Source of the DNA: Elsinoe ampelina
Lineage: Eukaryota
Direction: 5' to 3'
Length of the DNA stretch: 64,000 nucleotides
Assembly: GCA_010093995.1 (NCBI GenBank)
Contig: ML992506.1
Span: forward strand, 692,551 to 756,550
How positions within the stretch are numbered: the first letter of the stretch is position 1; the number at the start of each line of letters is the position of its first letter. A program made the position numbers and the translations under genes. Shown here one piece after another: positions 1 through 10,357 of this stretch. A model generated the notes under the pieces. That model was not told where the DNA came from, searched no databases, and was given only the letters and a program-made list of their open reading frames with translations.

Positions 1-103
1 CAACAAATCCTGTGCCACAACAATTGCTCTTCCTCCTCCTCCTTTCACATGTCTTTTACAGCTCGGATACGCCTCATTGACACCGCGGTCTGAAACACCC
101 AGC

Positions 104-1690
104 ATGTCTTCACCAGCGGCACCACGGAGATCAGGCTCGAGATCGAGGAGGTCTCACCCCTCCTTCTCAGACCTCCGCCTTGCACCTCTCTCGACACCAG
201 CCCCGATTCAGCAAGAAAAGGTAGACAAGTCTACAATGCGGATATCTCTCGACAGCCCTCGCACTCCTGGTAGTATAGACCCGAGCACGGCACACGCATA
301 CAAGGTCAACCACCCAAGCTACCTTGCTGGACGATCGGCCCCAACCACACCTGGTATCCTTTCACGATCCTCGAGCAGGAAAGCAGATGCAGATGGTCTA
401 AGCCGAAATGTTGTATACGCCGACGACGAAGACGAGAACATCGATCCAAGCACAAGCTACTTCGACACGCCAAACTACGCGGCCGTTCGCGTCAATGCCC
501 AAGGTGGAGTAGACTCCAATACAGGGTACATGGGTGACAAGGGCAAGAGCAAGAGCGAATCCGGTCTCAACAACGCCGCAGCGGTTCGAAAAGCCCGCCT
601 CCGCCCTCTCAGCACTGCCGGCCCCCTAGGCCTCAAGTCTCGCACACCCAACACCGCCAGCACTCCCCGTGGCCGCTCAGCCCGCCCCGTTGCTCCCTCC
701 GCAGACGACGACTGGCTCTCCCACGCCACCTCCTTCACCACCTCCCTCCTCCAAGAAGGCAAAGCCGGCGCCTGGGTCTCCTCCCACTCCTCCGTGACAA
801 ACCTCCACTCCTACTCCAACCCCAAATCCCATAGCGCCTACCCCTCATCCGACTCGGACGACGACACACCAAACTCACACTCCTCCCGCCCGACCCACCT
901 CCCCTTCTCCCCGGCCGCCCACGATGCCTCCTCCCCCGCGCTGCGCTCCCCCAACCTCAACCACCAAACCCACGGCTGGTCCTCCCGCTTCGGCTCCCGC
1001 CTCCCCTCCGCCGCCCACTCGCGCAGAAACTCCCGCGTACACCTCCGCCCTTTATCCGGCTCCACGACACCCTACCCCCTGTCCTCCACCACCGACCGGC
1101 CCCAAACAGCCACTTCCATCGACGCGATCCTCAAGCCTGACTTCGTCGACCCCCGCGCACAAAAAGAGATGGAGACCAGCCTCGCGGAGCTACAGCGTGA
1201 GCGAGCCGCCGCGCAGCAAGGGGACTACTTCGACTCCCCCAGCCAGGCCCCGTATCACCGCGGGAGACACGCGGACGACGGCGCAGGGATCGACGACGGA
1301 GACGACGACGAGGCCGAAGTCGCTCGCCTTGCGCAGACGCCTGGCTTCGGGCTGGGGGGGTTCGGGATCATCGACGCGTTGGTGGGGTTGGGTGGTTTCG
1401 GCCCGGGGGAGGAAGGGGGGGATACAGATGGTGAGACGACGTCGGGAGGGATAGGGAGGGGAAGAGATGATGATGGGGAGCGGGAGGTGGGAGGAGAGGT
1501 GGGGAATAAGAAGCGCAGGAGCGTGATGTTGGATTTGCAGGGGTGGTTCGGGAGGCAGGGGACGGGGGACGGGCGGGTGGGTGAAGGGTCAGGGGAGGGG
1601 GAGAGGGAGAGGAAGGGAGACGAGGGGGAGGGTGGGTGGAGCGATGCTGCTTGGTTGTTGAGCGTGGCTAGTAAGGCGCTTTTGTCGTAG
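104..1690 (+). CDS. Conserved fungal disordered protein, probably DUF3984 family
   Basis: Single ORF from ATG 104. Motifs 'LRLAPLS', 'SYLAGRSAPTTPGILSRSSSR' and C-terminal 'GGWSDAAWLLSVASK' are recalled as typical of this Pezizomycotina family. Confidence 0.7.
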   Translation: MSSPAAPRRSGSRSRRSHPSFSDLRLAPLSTPAPIQQEKVDKSTMRISLDSPRTPGSIDPSTAHAYKVNHPSYLAGRSAPTTPGILSRSSSRKADADGLSRNVVYADDEDENIDPSTSYFDTPNYAAVRVNAQGGVDSNTGYMGDKGKSKSESGLNNAAAVRKARLRPLSTAGPLGLKSRTPNTASTPRGRSARPVAPSADDDWLSHATSFTTSLLQEGKAGAWVSSHSSVTNLHSYSNPKSHSAYPSSDSDDDTPNSHSSRPTHLPFSPAAHDASSPALRSPNLNHQTHGWSSRFGSRLPSAAHSRRNSRVHLRPLSGSTTPYPLSSTTDRPQTATSIDAILKPDFVDPRAQKEMETSLAELQRERAAAQQGDYFDSPSQAPYHRGRHADDGAGIDDGDDDEAEVARLAQTPGFGLGGFGIIDALVGLGGFGPGEEGGDTDGETTSGGIGRGRDDDGEREVGGEVGNKKRRSVMLDLQGWFGRQGTGDGRVGEGSGEGERERKGDEGEGGWSDAAWLLSVASKALLS

Positions 1691-2287
1691 GTTTGCTTGG
1701 TGTCGTCTCGTGCAAAGGTTTTGGGAACGGGAACTGGGACTGGAAGCAGTAAATTTCATGCGGGTTAAAGTGGATCAAAGGTCATGGAACAAGAGGGGGA
1801 AAGAGCCGTGGTTTCTTGGGAGGCACGTAGATATCCTGGACTGAAATCTTTTGACATCTACGCTGGTCGTGTCCCGGGACCTACTTGTACGTGATTGCTG
1901 CACATGGCGGTGACTGAGTTGTCTTTGCGTGTCGATGCGGCAGTCGCTGTCGATCAGATCGATTTTGATGTTCCTACCGAGGGCGTATCGCTGTTGAAGA
2001 CCGCTCCTGGTTCCAGAACCCAGGATGTCTGCCGAATACCCACCCCCACGCTCGTTCCATGCTGCCATTCGAATCCAGACTCGCCATGGCTACCGCTCCG
2101 GCAGCACAAGTAACTTCTCCTCTTCCCGGCTCGTTCGCTCGTAACCACCACCATGACAAACATCCCACCAGCATGCGAAGACCCACCGGATCTGCTCGTC
2201 TCTCTACATCCCCTTGCCACACCTACCAGCATTCCTCAATACCTACCAGCCTTCTCCCCCATATCCCTCTGCCGTCAAACCCAACCC

Positions 2288-4528
2288 CTACATCCCGGGC
2301 GGTGGAGGCACCTATTGGCCCAGTCAGTACCGTACCAAATCCGCTGCACTTGCCTGCGTCCATCGCCCAACCCGTCGGCATCCCTGCCGGCCCAGCAATT
2401 GCACCTCGTCCGGACCCCATATTCCGCGTCCGAGTCGCGGAAGGGATAGGGCGGGTGAGAACCCTGCGACTCAGCGGGGCGGAAGCTCGATGGGTAGCTG
2501 GGATAAGGGCGGGGGGTGTCGCCGCGCCTTGCTTGGGGGGTTGTGTAGGCCTCCCCGTTGGCGGTCGAGCGTGGCAACGCCCCGAACTCATCCCTGTGGT
2601 GGTGCTCGCGAAAATAACGAGAGTCTGCACTTACTGCATTGTAGCCTGGTGCGCCTGCACCGGGAGGGGGCGGAGGTGGGGCGGAGTCATCCGCTGGGGG
2701 AGGCGGAGGGGGCGCCTGACCGTAGCCTTGTGCCGGAGAGGCTTCCTGTCCTGAGTATGCGGCCTGTCCTTGTGCTTGGCCTTGAGGATACTGGGCCATC
2801 ATGCTCAAGTAGACTTGGTAAGGGTCGTAACCGGGATATTGCTGGGCGATCTGAGCCAGGTATGCGTCCCATTGGGCTCTCTGGTTGGCGTCGTATCCTG
2901 AAGCAGCAGTGGGGCTCATTGCACCTCCCGCTTGAGGGTTGGTCGGGGATTGTGCGCCACCGTAGCCACCATATGCTGACTGGCCGCCGTATTGTGAGTT
3001 GCCGCCGTATTGAGAGCCGCCACCGTATGCTGATTGACCACCTCCGCCGTATGATTCTGATCGTCCGCGGTCGTCTCCACCGAATCCGCCACGACCTCCA
3101 CCTCCATAGCCACCTCGTCCTCCAAATCCACGACTGTTGGCGCGTTCTTTGAATTCTTCGTACTGCACCTTGACGTTGGCGAGGAGATCATTGCATAGAT
3201 CCTTGGCTTTGGCGACTTGTGCTGGATCTGGGGCGGCAACATGAAGGTACATTGGTTCGTCCGACTCAACTCCAGTATCGTGTTCGTAGAATCCAGATCC
3301 GCGACCTTTGATTTGTACACGGGCGCCAGTCTCCCCTTGGATATGTTTGACGTAAGATCCGCCAGAGCCGACGACTTGCGCACGGAGATTGAAACCGTTG
3401 ATAGGCTCGAGTGAGATGGGGATACGCTCTTCTGGCCATTTTCGCTGTGAATGGTCAGCACTGTGGACGTCCTGCTTACCCAAGGACCATGCATACTCTG
3501 CCTCTCTCGTCCCTCTCAAAGTCAGGCTCCCGACGACGTGGTAGCCTGCGCTCATCTATCAAATTAGGTAGATCCTGCTTCATCATCTCTTCAATCTCCT
3601 TGACGGCAGCTTCCAAGCCTTCTTTGCTGGTGCTGGTGATGTGGAGGTAAAGTGGTGGTGCCTGAATCGCGTCAGCTCAGTCATCTTGGGCACAGAAAGG
3701 TAGACGTACGGCTGCAGTGGCCATGGCTTTGTCGGGATAATACGCGCCTCGAGTTGTGACATCTTAAAAGTAATAAGCGATCTGACCTAAAGGTTAAACA
3801 TGGACGTGTGGTATGCGTACCAGCTCCGGTCTTTTCTTTGATCTAAATGTCACACGACCTCTGTCAGCAAATGCAAATACTGTGGAAAGCCTAGATGCTA
3901 AGGCAGATAAGTGAGCAAGCTAGACTCTTTTGAAATTATCTTTTGACCTTGAGTTTGAGATGTGGAATTGGAGACATTGGCTGTTCGCCTGTGTATCAGT
4001 GGGAGTGCAACAAGTGATAATTACCATTTTCTGTGTTTGCCCCTTCGTTAGGGTATAACGATTGCGAAGATCGTTGACCTCAATGTCCTTGATCCAATCT
4101 CCATCTTGCTCGTAAATGTCGAGGTTCAAACCATTCGCGTCCGTGTTTGGCGCCGGGGACTGTGTTTTCGGGAGCTGCTGTAAAAGGTCAGAGGTGAGCA
4201 TAATGCGCTCCAGCAGGCGACTCACAGTCTTGACCTGCGGCTGGCTGATGAGACCCAGCTTCTTCTTCTGTTCGAGTTCGGCGTTGATTTTGGCGGCCAT
4301 GGCTGCAGCTGCGGCGGCGGCGACAGGATTCACTGGAGTCGCCTTCTTGCGTTCGGGACTCTCCTTGCGCGCGGCTGGGCTGCGACTGCGCTTGCGTGAG
4401 GATTCATCTTTGGCTGCAGGTGATCTCGAGCGACGATCAAATCTGGAACGACGTGGATCTTGTGTTGCAGGCTCTTTCGCAGGCTCTTTCTGATCGAATC
4501 GCGAGCGCTTTCTCGAGCCGTCCGACAT
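2288..4528 (-). CDS. KH-domain RNA-binding/splicing protein (KHDC4/BLOM7-like), 7 exons, ~509 aa
   Basis: Exons 4528-4226, 4177-4025, 3842-3821, 3762-3710, 3661-3497, 3444-2635, 2311-2288 join in frame with GT-AG introns. RS-like N-terminus, 'KDIEVNDLRNRYTLTKG', KH motif 'VVGSGGSYVKHIQGETGARVQIKGRGSG', Gly/Tyr-rich tail ending VPPPPGM*. Confidence 0.88.
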
Positions 4529-4720
4529 GACGGGTCGTGAGGACAGCGGTGTAATCTGATATGATGCGTTTTGGAAAAGTCGAGGTTAGTTCTATAGCTT
4601 CAGCCGAGTCGAGCTAAGAATTTAGGGTGCTCGGGCCGATGACGGCGGACTCGACAAGAATCGAGCTCCTTTAGACTCATGTGTTTTCTTCTTTCATCTT
4701 GCAAGTCTGCACAAACAGCA

Positions 4721-5752
4721 ATGGCTTCGAAACGGAGATGGCTGACCTGTGTCAGCGACAGCCTACTGGCTCGTCAAAAACCCACAACTATCAACACCTC
4801 GAGGCATTACCATGCAACAGCCCGGAACCAGCAATCGTCGTCGACCTCCGCTATCGCATACAAAGCTCTCCACCGAAAGATCTCCCCTCTACCAGCGGCG
4901 CCAACAACACCCTCCGTCTCGCCTGCGGCTGCCGTGTCGAGCATTCTCTATGAAACCCCTCTACCATCACAAGCAGCGCCAAAGAGACATGTTCTCAACT
5001 GTTTGGTGCAGAACGAGCCTGGTGTTTTATCACGAGTATCTGGTATCTTGGCTGCGAGAGGTTTCAACATTGACAGTCTGGTGGTCTGCAACACGGAAGT
5101 ACAAGATCTCAGTAGGATGACCATTGTGCTGCAAGGTCAGGACGGTGTGGTTGAGCAAGCGCGGCGACAATTGGAAGATCTCGTCCCAGTGTGGGCTGTT
5201 CTGGATTACACCGAGGCTCCCCTGGTTCAGCGCGAATTGCTCTTGGCCAAGGTCAGTATTCTTGGTCCTGAGTACTTTGAGGAACTGCTCAACCACCATC
5301 GAGAGATGACTGGTGCAGAATCATACATGGATGAGTCGAATCCCGAGCACATGCAGGCTAGCATCCAGGCTCGTCAAGACGCAGCGTCTCTCGACTATCA
5401 TCCTGGCAATCTCGCTCCTAGTCAGGCAATGCGACAGAAGCATGAACACCTCAAGTCGATCACGTTCTTAACTCACCAATTTGGTGGTAAAGTTCTTGAC
5501 ATCAGTACCAACAACTGCATTGTGGAAGTTTCAGCCAAACCCAACAGGATTGATTCATTCATGAAGCTCGTTTCGCCATTTGGAATTTTGGAGAGTGCAA
5601 GGACAGGTAAGCGACCTGATCTATCTTTTCGTTCCATACTGACATGCACAGGTCTCATGGCATTGCCTCGCTCTCCGCTTGAGACAGCCAACGAAGCTCT
5701 TGATAAGGATGCCGAGGATGTTGTCGATGCCAGCACGTTGCCCCCTGGCTAG
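4721..5752 (+). CDS. ILV6: Acetolactate synthase small (regulatory) subunit, mitochondrial
   Basis: ACT domain 'HVLNCLVQNEPGVLSRVSGILAARGFNIDSLVV'; C-terminal 'ESARTGLMALPRSPL...TLPPG' after removing the 45-nt intron 5607-5651; Arg/Ser-rich targeting peptide. Confidence 0.95.
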   Translation: MASKRRWLTCVSDSLLARQKPTTINTSRHYHATARNQQSSSTSAIAYKALHRKISPLPAAPTTPSVSPAAAVSSILYETPLPSQAAPKRHVLNCLVQNEPGVLSRVSGILAARGFNIDSLVVCNTEVQDLSRMTIVLQGQDGVVEQARRQLEDLVPVWAVLDYTEAPLVQRELLLAKVSILGPEYFEELLNHHREMTGAESYMDESNPEHMQASIQARQDAASLDYHPGNLAPSQAMRQKHEHLKSITFLTHQFGGKVLDISTNNCIVEVSAKPNRIDSFMKLVSPFGILESARTGKRPDLSFRSILTCTGLMALPRSPLETANEALDKDAEDVVDASTLPPG

Positions 5753-5846
5753 TCGTAGAATGTACTATATTGGATATCTTGAAAGGACAAAATTGTTTGT
5801 TGCCGCGCTAGGGCGGTGGAGTCTGGGGTTGCTCGCAGGGTGTCTT

Positions 5847-6968
5847 TCACGATATCCGTCCCTTGTTGACTACAAAAGCTTCAATAGCAGCTGGAGCTCG
5901 TTAGACGTGGACAGCCAAATGACAATCACACTTACAGATCGCAGCCCATAGCCTGTTCTCTGCTTCGGGAAAGACCAGACTCTTCGGGCTGTAGAAGACC
6001 TCATCTGCAACCTCCTCAGGATGTCTGGGTAGACAGTGCATGAACCTCCAGTCCTCATTTGCTCCACCATCGTCGATCATCTTCTTCGTGACCTGGAAGC
6101 CCTCAAAAGCCTTCATCCTCTTCACCTTCTCCTCCTCCTGTCCCATACTCACCCAGGTATCCGTCACAATCACATTCGCCCCCTTCACCGCCTCTCTCGG
6201 CTCATTCGACTCTACCAGACTCCCCTTCCTTCCCACCCCTTCTCCAGCCGCCAGAATCACCTTCCTCATCCCTTCTGGAATCTCATACCCCTTCGGCGTC
6301 GCCACCGCCACCTCCACCCCCAATTTCATCGCCCCAATCGCCAAATCAAACAGCACATTATTCGCATCCCCAACCCACGCAATCCTCAACCCCTCCAGCC
6401 CCAAACCCTTCCCATCCTTCTTCCCAAACACCTCAAACACAGTCAAATAATCCGCAATCGTCTGCAAAGGATGATACGCATCACTCAACGCATTAATCAC
6501 CGGCACAGAACTATGTTTCGCCAAATCCGCGACGTCACTGTGACCATGCACCCGCGCCACGATGCCCGATACCATACTGCTGATGACGACAGAGGTGTCG
6601 TACAGCGATTCGTTGACGCCCAGCTGGATATCTGATGAGGAGAGGAACATGGCGTGGCCTCCCATGCGGGCTATGGCGGCTTCGGTGGAGACGCGGGTTC
6701 GAGTGGAGCGTTTGCTGAAGGGGAGGGCGATGGTTTGGCCGGCGAGCGCGGTGGCGAGGTGCGGAGGGGATGTGTTGGTGGATTTGATGTGGGTTTTGTG
6801 GGCGTGGGCGTTGCGGACGAGGGTGGTGAGCTCGGTCGGGGTGAGGTCGGAGATGCTGAGAAGGTGGCGAGGGGCGAAGGGGGAGGTGGCAGGCTTGGAG
6901 GAGGCGTAGGTTCGGCGGAGGAGGGTGCTGGGTTTGAGGGAGCGGGATAGGGGGCGGTATGGTGGCAT
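5847..6968 (-). CDS. ARG3: Ornithine carbamoyltransferase, mitochondrial
   Basis: Motifs 'FSKRSTRTR', 'HPLQ', 'DTWVSMGQE', 'FMHCLPR', 'EAENRLWA'. A final intron (GTAAGT...CTAAC...CAG) gives a last exon SAIEAFVVNKGRIS* with TGA at 5847-5849. Confidence 0.96.
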
Positions 6969-7201
6969 GGCTTAGGGGCCAATGGCTTGGGAAACAGTCT
7001 GATTGCTGCTTAAAGGTCTCGTAGCTTGCTGGAAGAGCGTTTGGGAAGAATTTAATGTTGATTTGAGGAGGATGAGTGGTAGAAACGTGAGTAATACCTA
7101 TGACTTTTTGAGAAAGCTTGGGCCATGAGTTCGCGGGGCTTTTTGATATGATGCGGCATCTTTGCTATCAATCTTTGCAATTCTGGCCAGACGCAATTGC
7201 A

Positions 7202-8614
7202 ATGATGCTTAGAAATTTGGCATTAGCTGCGCGGCGATCTCGAGCGTCCAACACCTTGCTCCAATCGGTATGCATCAGACGAACAATGTCGAGTACTGCC
7301 GTTAGGCACACAGATGGCGTGTTCAGAGCACTTACCGAGAGTCGCATACAGACGCCATGGATCGACGCGTTCCGAGCTCAGGAAGAAGCAGAGCGTACTG
7401 GAAAGACAGGTGGCTCAAGTGAGCCAGCTACGCCTCCGAGTCGCGATCTCACCCCCCGTAAAGTATCGGACAGCTACTATCGGGTCATTCTTCCACTCGG
7501 GCAGGACAAATGGCTGTTGGATACGTACGCCAATTCTTCTGGCCACATCCGCTTTGGTACCATCATGATGGACTTGGATGCCTTGTCAGGTGTCGTCGCC
7601 TATCGTCATACTGGTGACTCTGTCACGACCGTCACAGCTGCTTGTGATCGAATCGTAATCAACAACCCTTTGACTGAGATCTGTGACCTCGAGTACAGTG
7701 GAAGAGTCACTTACGCCACCGGGCGGTCAAGTATGGAGATATCTGTCCAAGTCGCCAAAGCTCCTCCAGAAGGTCAGGAAGCAAAGGAGTCTGATATCCT
7801 CCTGACCTGTCAATTCACCATGGTGTCCCTCGACAAGAACACCAAGAAGCCCGTCCCCATCCCCGCCGTCATCCCCGAGTCCGACCTCGAGAAACGCCTT
7901 TTTCAAGAAGGAGAAAAGAACCACGCCGCCCGCAAAGAGCTCAAGGAACGCTCTCTCCTCCGCCAAACTCCCAACGATGAAGAATCCGACCTCATCCACG
8001 CCATGTGGCAACGCCAACTCCAATACCACGACCCCAACGACCCCCTTCGCAAACCCAACAACGTCCACTTCATGGACACCACCCGCCTCTCCACAGCCAG
8101 CATCATGCAACCTCAATACCGCAACCGCCACAGCTTCATGATCTTCGGCGGCTTCCTGCTCAAACAAACCTTCGAGCTCGCCTTCTGCTGCGCCGCCTCT
8201 TTCGCCCACGTCCGCCCCACCTTCGTCTCCCTCGACCCTAGCACGTTCCAGAACCCCGTCCCCGTGGGCAGCGTCCTCTACCTCACCGCTACAGTAGTCT
8301 ACACCGACCCACCCATCGTCAAGGGTGCGTCGGACGGGAGTCATCCCGAGGCGGGGCACGTGGCGGACGACGGGGAGTACACGCGCGTTCAGGTGCGGGT
8401 GGATAGCAAAGTGCGCAATGTGGAGCACGGGGAGACGAAGCCGACTGGGCAGTTCAATTATACGTTCATGGTGAAGAAGGATGTCAAGGTCATGCCGAGG
8501 AGTTATAGTGAGTTTATGATGTATGTGGATGCGAGGAGGAGGGCGATGAGGGTGAGGGATACGTTGAGGACGGGGGAGGCGGATGAGGGGAGTAAGGAGC
8601 GAGTGACGGAGTGA
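7202..8614 (+). CDS. Mitochondrial acyl-CoA thioesterase, double hotdog fold (ACOT9-like)
   Basis: 'GHIRFGTIMMDLDALSG', 'TVTAACDRI', 'GRSSMEI', second hotdog 'MQPQYRNRHSFMIFGGFLLKQTFELA'; intronless ORF. Confidence 0.9.
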   Translation: MMLRNLALAARRSRASNTLLQSVCIRRTMSSTAVRHTDGVFRALTESRIQTPWIDAFRAQEEAERTGKTGGSSEPATPPSRDLTPRKVSDSYYRVILPLGQDKWLLDTYANSSGHIRFGTIMMDLDALSGVVAYRHTGDSVTTVTAACDRIVINNPLTEICDLEYSGRVTYATGRSSMEISVQVAKAPPEGQEAKESDILLTCQFTMVSLDKNTKKPVPIPAVIPESDLEKRLFQEGEKNHAARKELKERSLLRQTPNDEESDLIHAMWQRQLQYHDPNDPLRKPNNVHFMDTTRLSTASIMQPQYRNRHSFMIFGGFLLKQTFELAFCCAASFAHVRPTFVSLDPSTFQNPVPVGSVLYLTATVVYTDPPIVKGASDGSHPEAGHVADDGEYTRVQVRVDSKVRNVEHGETKPTGQFNYTFMVKKDVKVMPRSYSEFMMYVDARRRAMRVRDTLRTGEADEGSKERVTE

Positions 8615-8907
8615 GAGGGGATGAAGGGAGGGAGGGTTGGAAGTGGTTCCTGGATTCTATGTTGAGGATATGTATGGAGGTATCTATAACGTGACGCGGC
8701 GTGGAAACATGAATGCTGACAGTGGTAGTCGCCCAATCTCTTACTAAATGCGACATGCTGGACGCTAGAATGCAAAGCGCTGAAACGAGCAAATATCAAA
8801 ACGACGATGGGTATCCTCTTCTTCCTCTTCTACGCCGGTCACACGACCAATGCTTCTCGAAACCATGTGTATCCTGCCTGGTCTACTGGCTTGCCATGTA
8901 GAATGTC

Positions 8908-9129
8908 CTACTCTTCCAATTGGAACTCGAGCGTATGGTCTTCGCTGCACTCCCGGCAGTAGTAGTTGCTGATGCCGCCGCACTCGACAGTGCTGTTCTT
9001 GCACATGTCGATACTCCAGATGTCGGGGGAGTAGCCGGAGAGGAAGCGGTTCCAGCAAGCTTCCATGCTGTCGGCCCAGATGAAGTAGGTGCAGCCGCAG
9101 CGGTAGTAAGAGTAGGTGTATGAACACAT
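8908..9129 (-). CDS. Small (73 aa) Cys-rich protein, MC..Y.CG type, no signal peptide
   Basis: Good Kozak context (CACAATG), C-biased codons, 8 Cys including N-terminal MCxY...YxCG and C-terminal CxxC, acidic tail. Confidence 0.6.
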   Translation of the reverse strand: MCSYTYSYYRCGCTYFIWADSMEACWNRFLSGYSPDIWSIDMCKNSTVECGGISNYYCRECSEDHTLEFQLEE

Positions 9130-10357
9130 TGTGTGGGAGATGGTCCCTTCGGGAGGTCGCGTCGAGTGTACGTTTGGGAGTTGCTCGGGTGTGATTCACT
9201 CGCGTTGAGAGTGGCAGGCAGCGGGGATTCGATATAGGCGACTGCAGTCTTGGTACAAAGACTTGTGGATGTCAAAGGCCGAGTCAAGGGATGGTGAGAG
9301 ATTAGAGACAAAGAGGAAGCGATAAGGCCAGTCGCGTGAGTAAAGAGACAAAAGTAGACAACAATAAAGATGCCAACGATACGAGACCAAAGGGATAGGG
9401 CACAAACCGTGACGGTAATAAATGACAGGACACTGGATAGCCGGACAGTCATGCCACCTTCCGGGCCCACCGATAACGAGGGTCCAGAGCCGCTGAGATT
9501 AGTATACCAGAGACCCGTAGACCCTCAAACAAGGCGGACCCCTCCAGATTATTGGCACGAGCCAGTCAGACAGTGAACGGCGAAGGTGAACGGCGAATTA
9601 AGCTCCATGGTACCGCTGCAACGGCCAGCGAAGCGCGGCAAGGCTCGTAACATTATTGATGATTGGATCCGGGTTGGAGATAGGCAAGACTCGGGGTATG
9701 CGTAAACTTAGGAGCTGAGGTAAGAAGGTGAGGTGTCTTTGGCGGCACGTACTCGTTGATCCCTGGACCCTGATAGATTCCATGGAACCCGAGCAAATGC
9801 ACAGGCACAAAAGACCTGGGGTTGGTCGCCCTGTCTCAGAGTCTCAGACTGGGGAAAGGGAATGCGATAAGCTGCTCCTTGTTCGTCCCCCACAAGTCCA
9901 GATCTTCTCGCAGACACGGCAGGCGAACTGTCAAAGGGTCGTCGACACATGCAAGGCACGCTCGGGTCTAGAAATGATGAACAAAGCGTAGATAAGGCAT
10001 GCTGCAGGGACAATAACAATGACAGCCGCCGTGGACATCAAACGTCTGGTTTGGACCCTGGCTTGGATTGTCGTCTTGAATGAAAGTGAAGGGGTCCGAA
10101 ACAGGAGCTGTTTCCAAGATTGACTCGCCGACGTCGGGCCTTCTGGAGGTCGTCCTCCAAGAGCCGACCGACCAATCACAGCATAGATTGGATCAAGAGC
10201 TACAGTACAGCTTCATGCTCAGAAAAATGTCCAGCTCAACAGACAATATGCCCTGAACTTTCCAATATGCGTCTGAAGCCACGACCATGACCTTACACCT
10301 TCACCCAGGATTGCGGACGATTCCCCGGGAGAGCATTGGCCTCAGCAGACCACCACC

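Noticed and set aside
1895..3152. Plus-strand ORFs 1895-2113, 2059-2754 and 2214-3152
   Set aside because: Antisense to the KH gene and its 3' region; no recognisable protein features.
6036..6982. Many long overlapping or antisense Pro/His/Leu-rich and Gly/Glu-rich ORFs (also 7727-8428, 10370-11383, 12939-13805, 15894-16931, 29142-29993, 43662-44237)
   Set aside because: Shadow ORFs: C/G-skewed codon usage in real genes removes stop codons from the other frames. No independent motifs.
7070..7135. Gcn4/CpcA-like sites upstream of ARG3 (TGAGTAA, TGACTT, TGAGTT) and ILV6 (AGACTCA)
   Set aside because: All are mismatched to TGA(C/G)TCA; too weak to call without conservation data.
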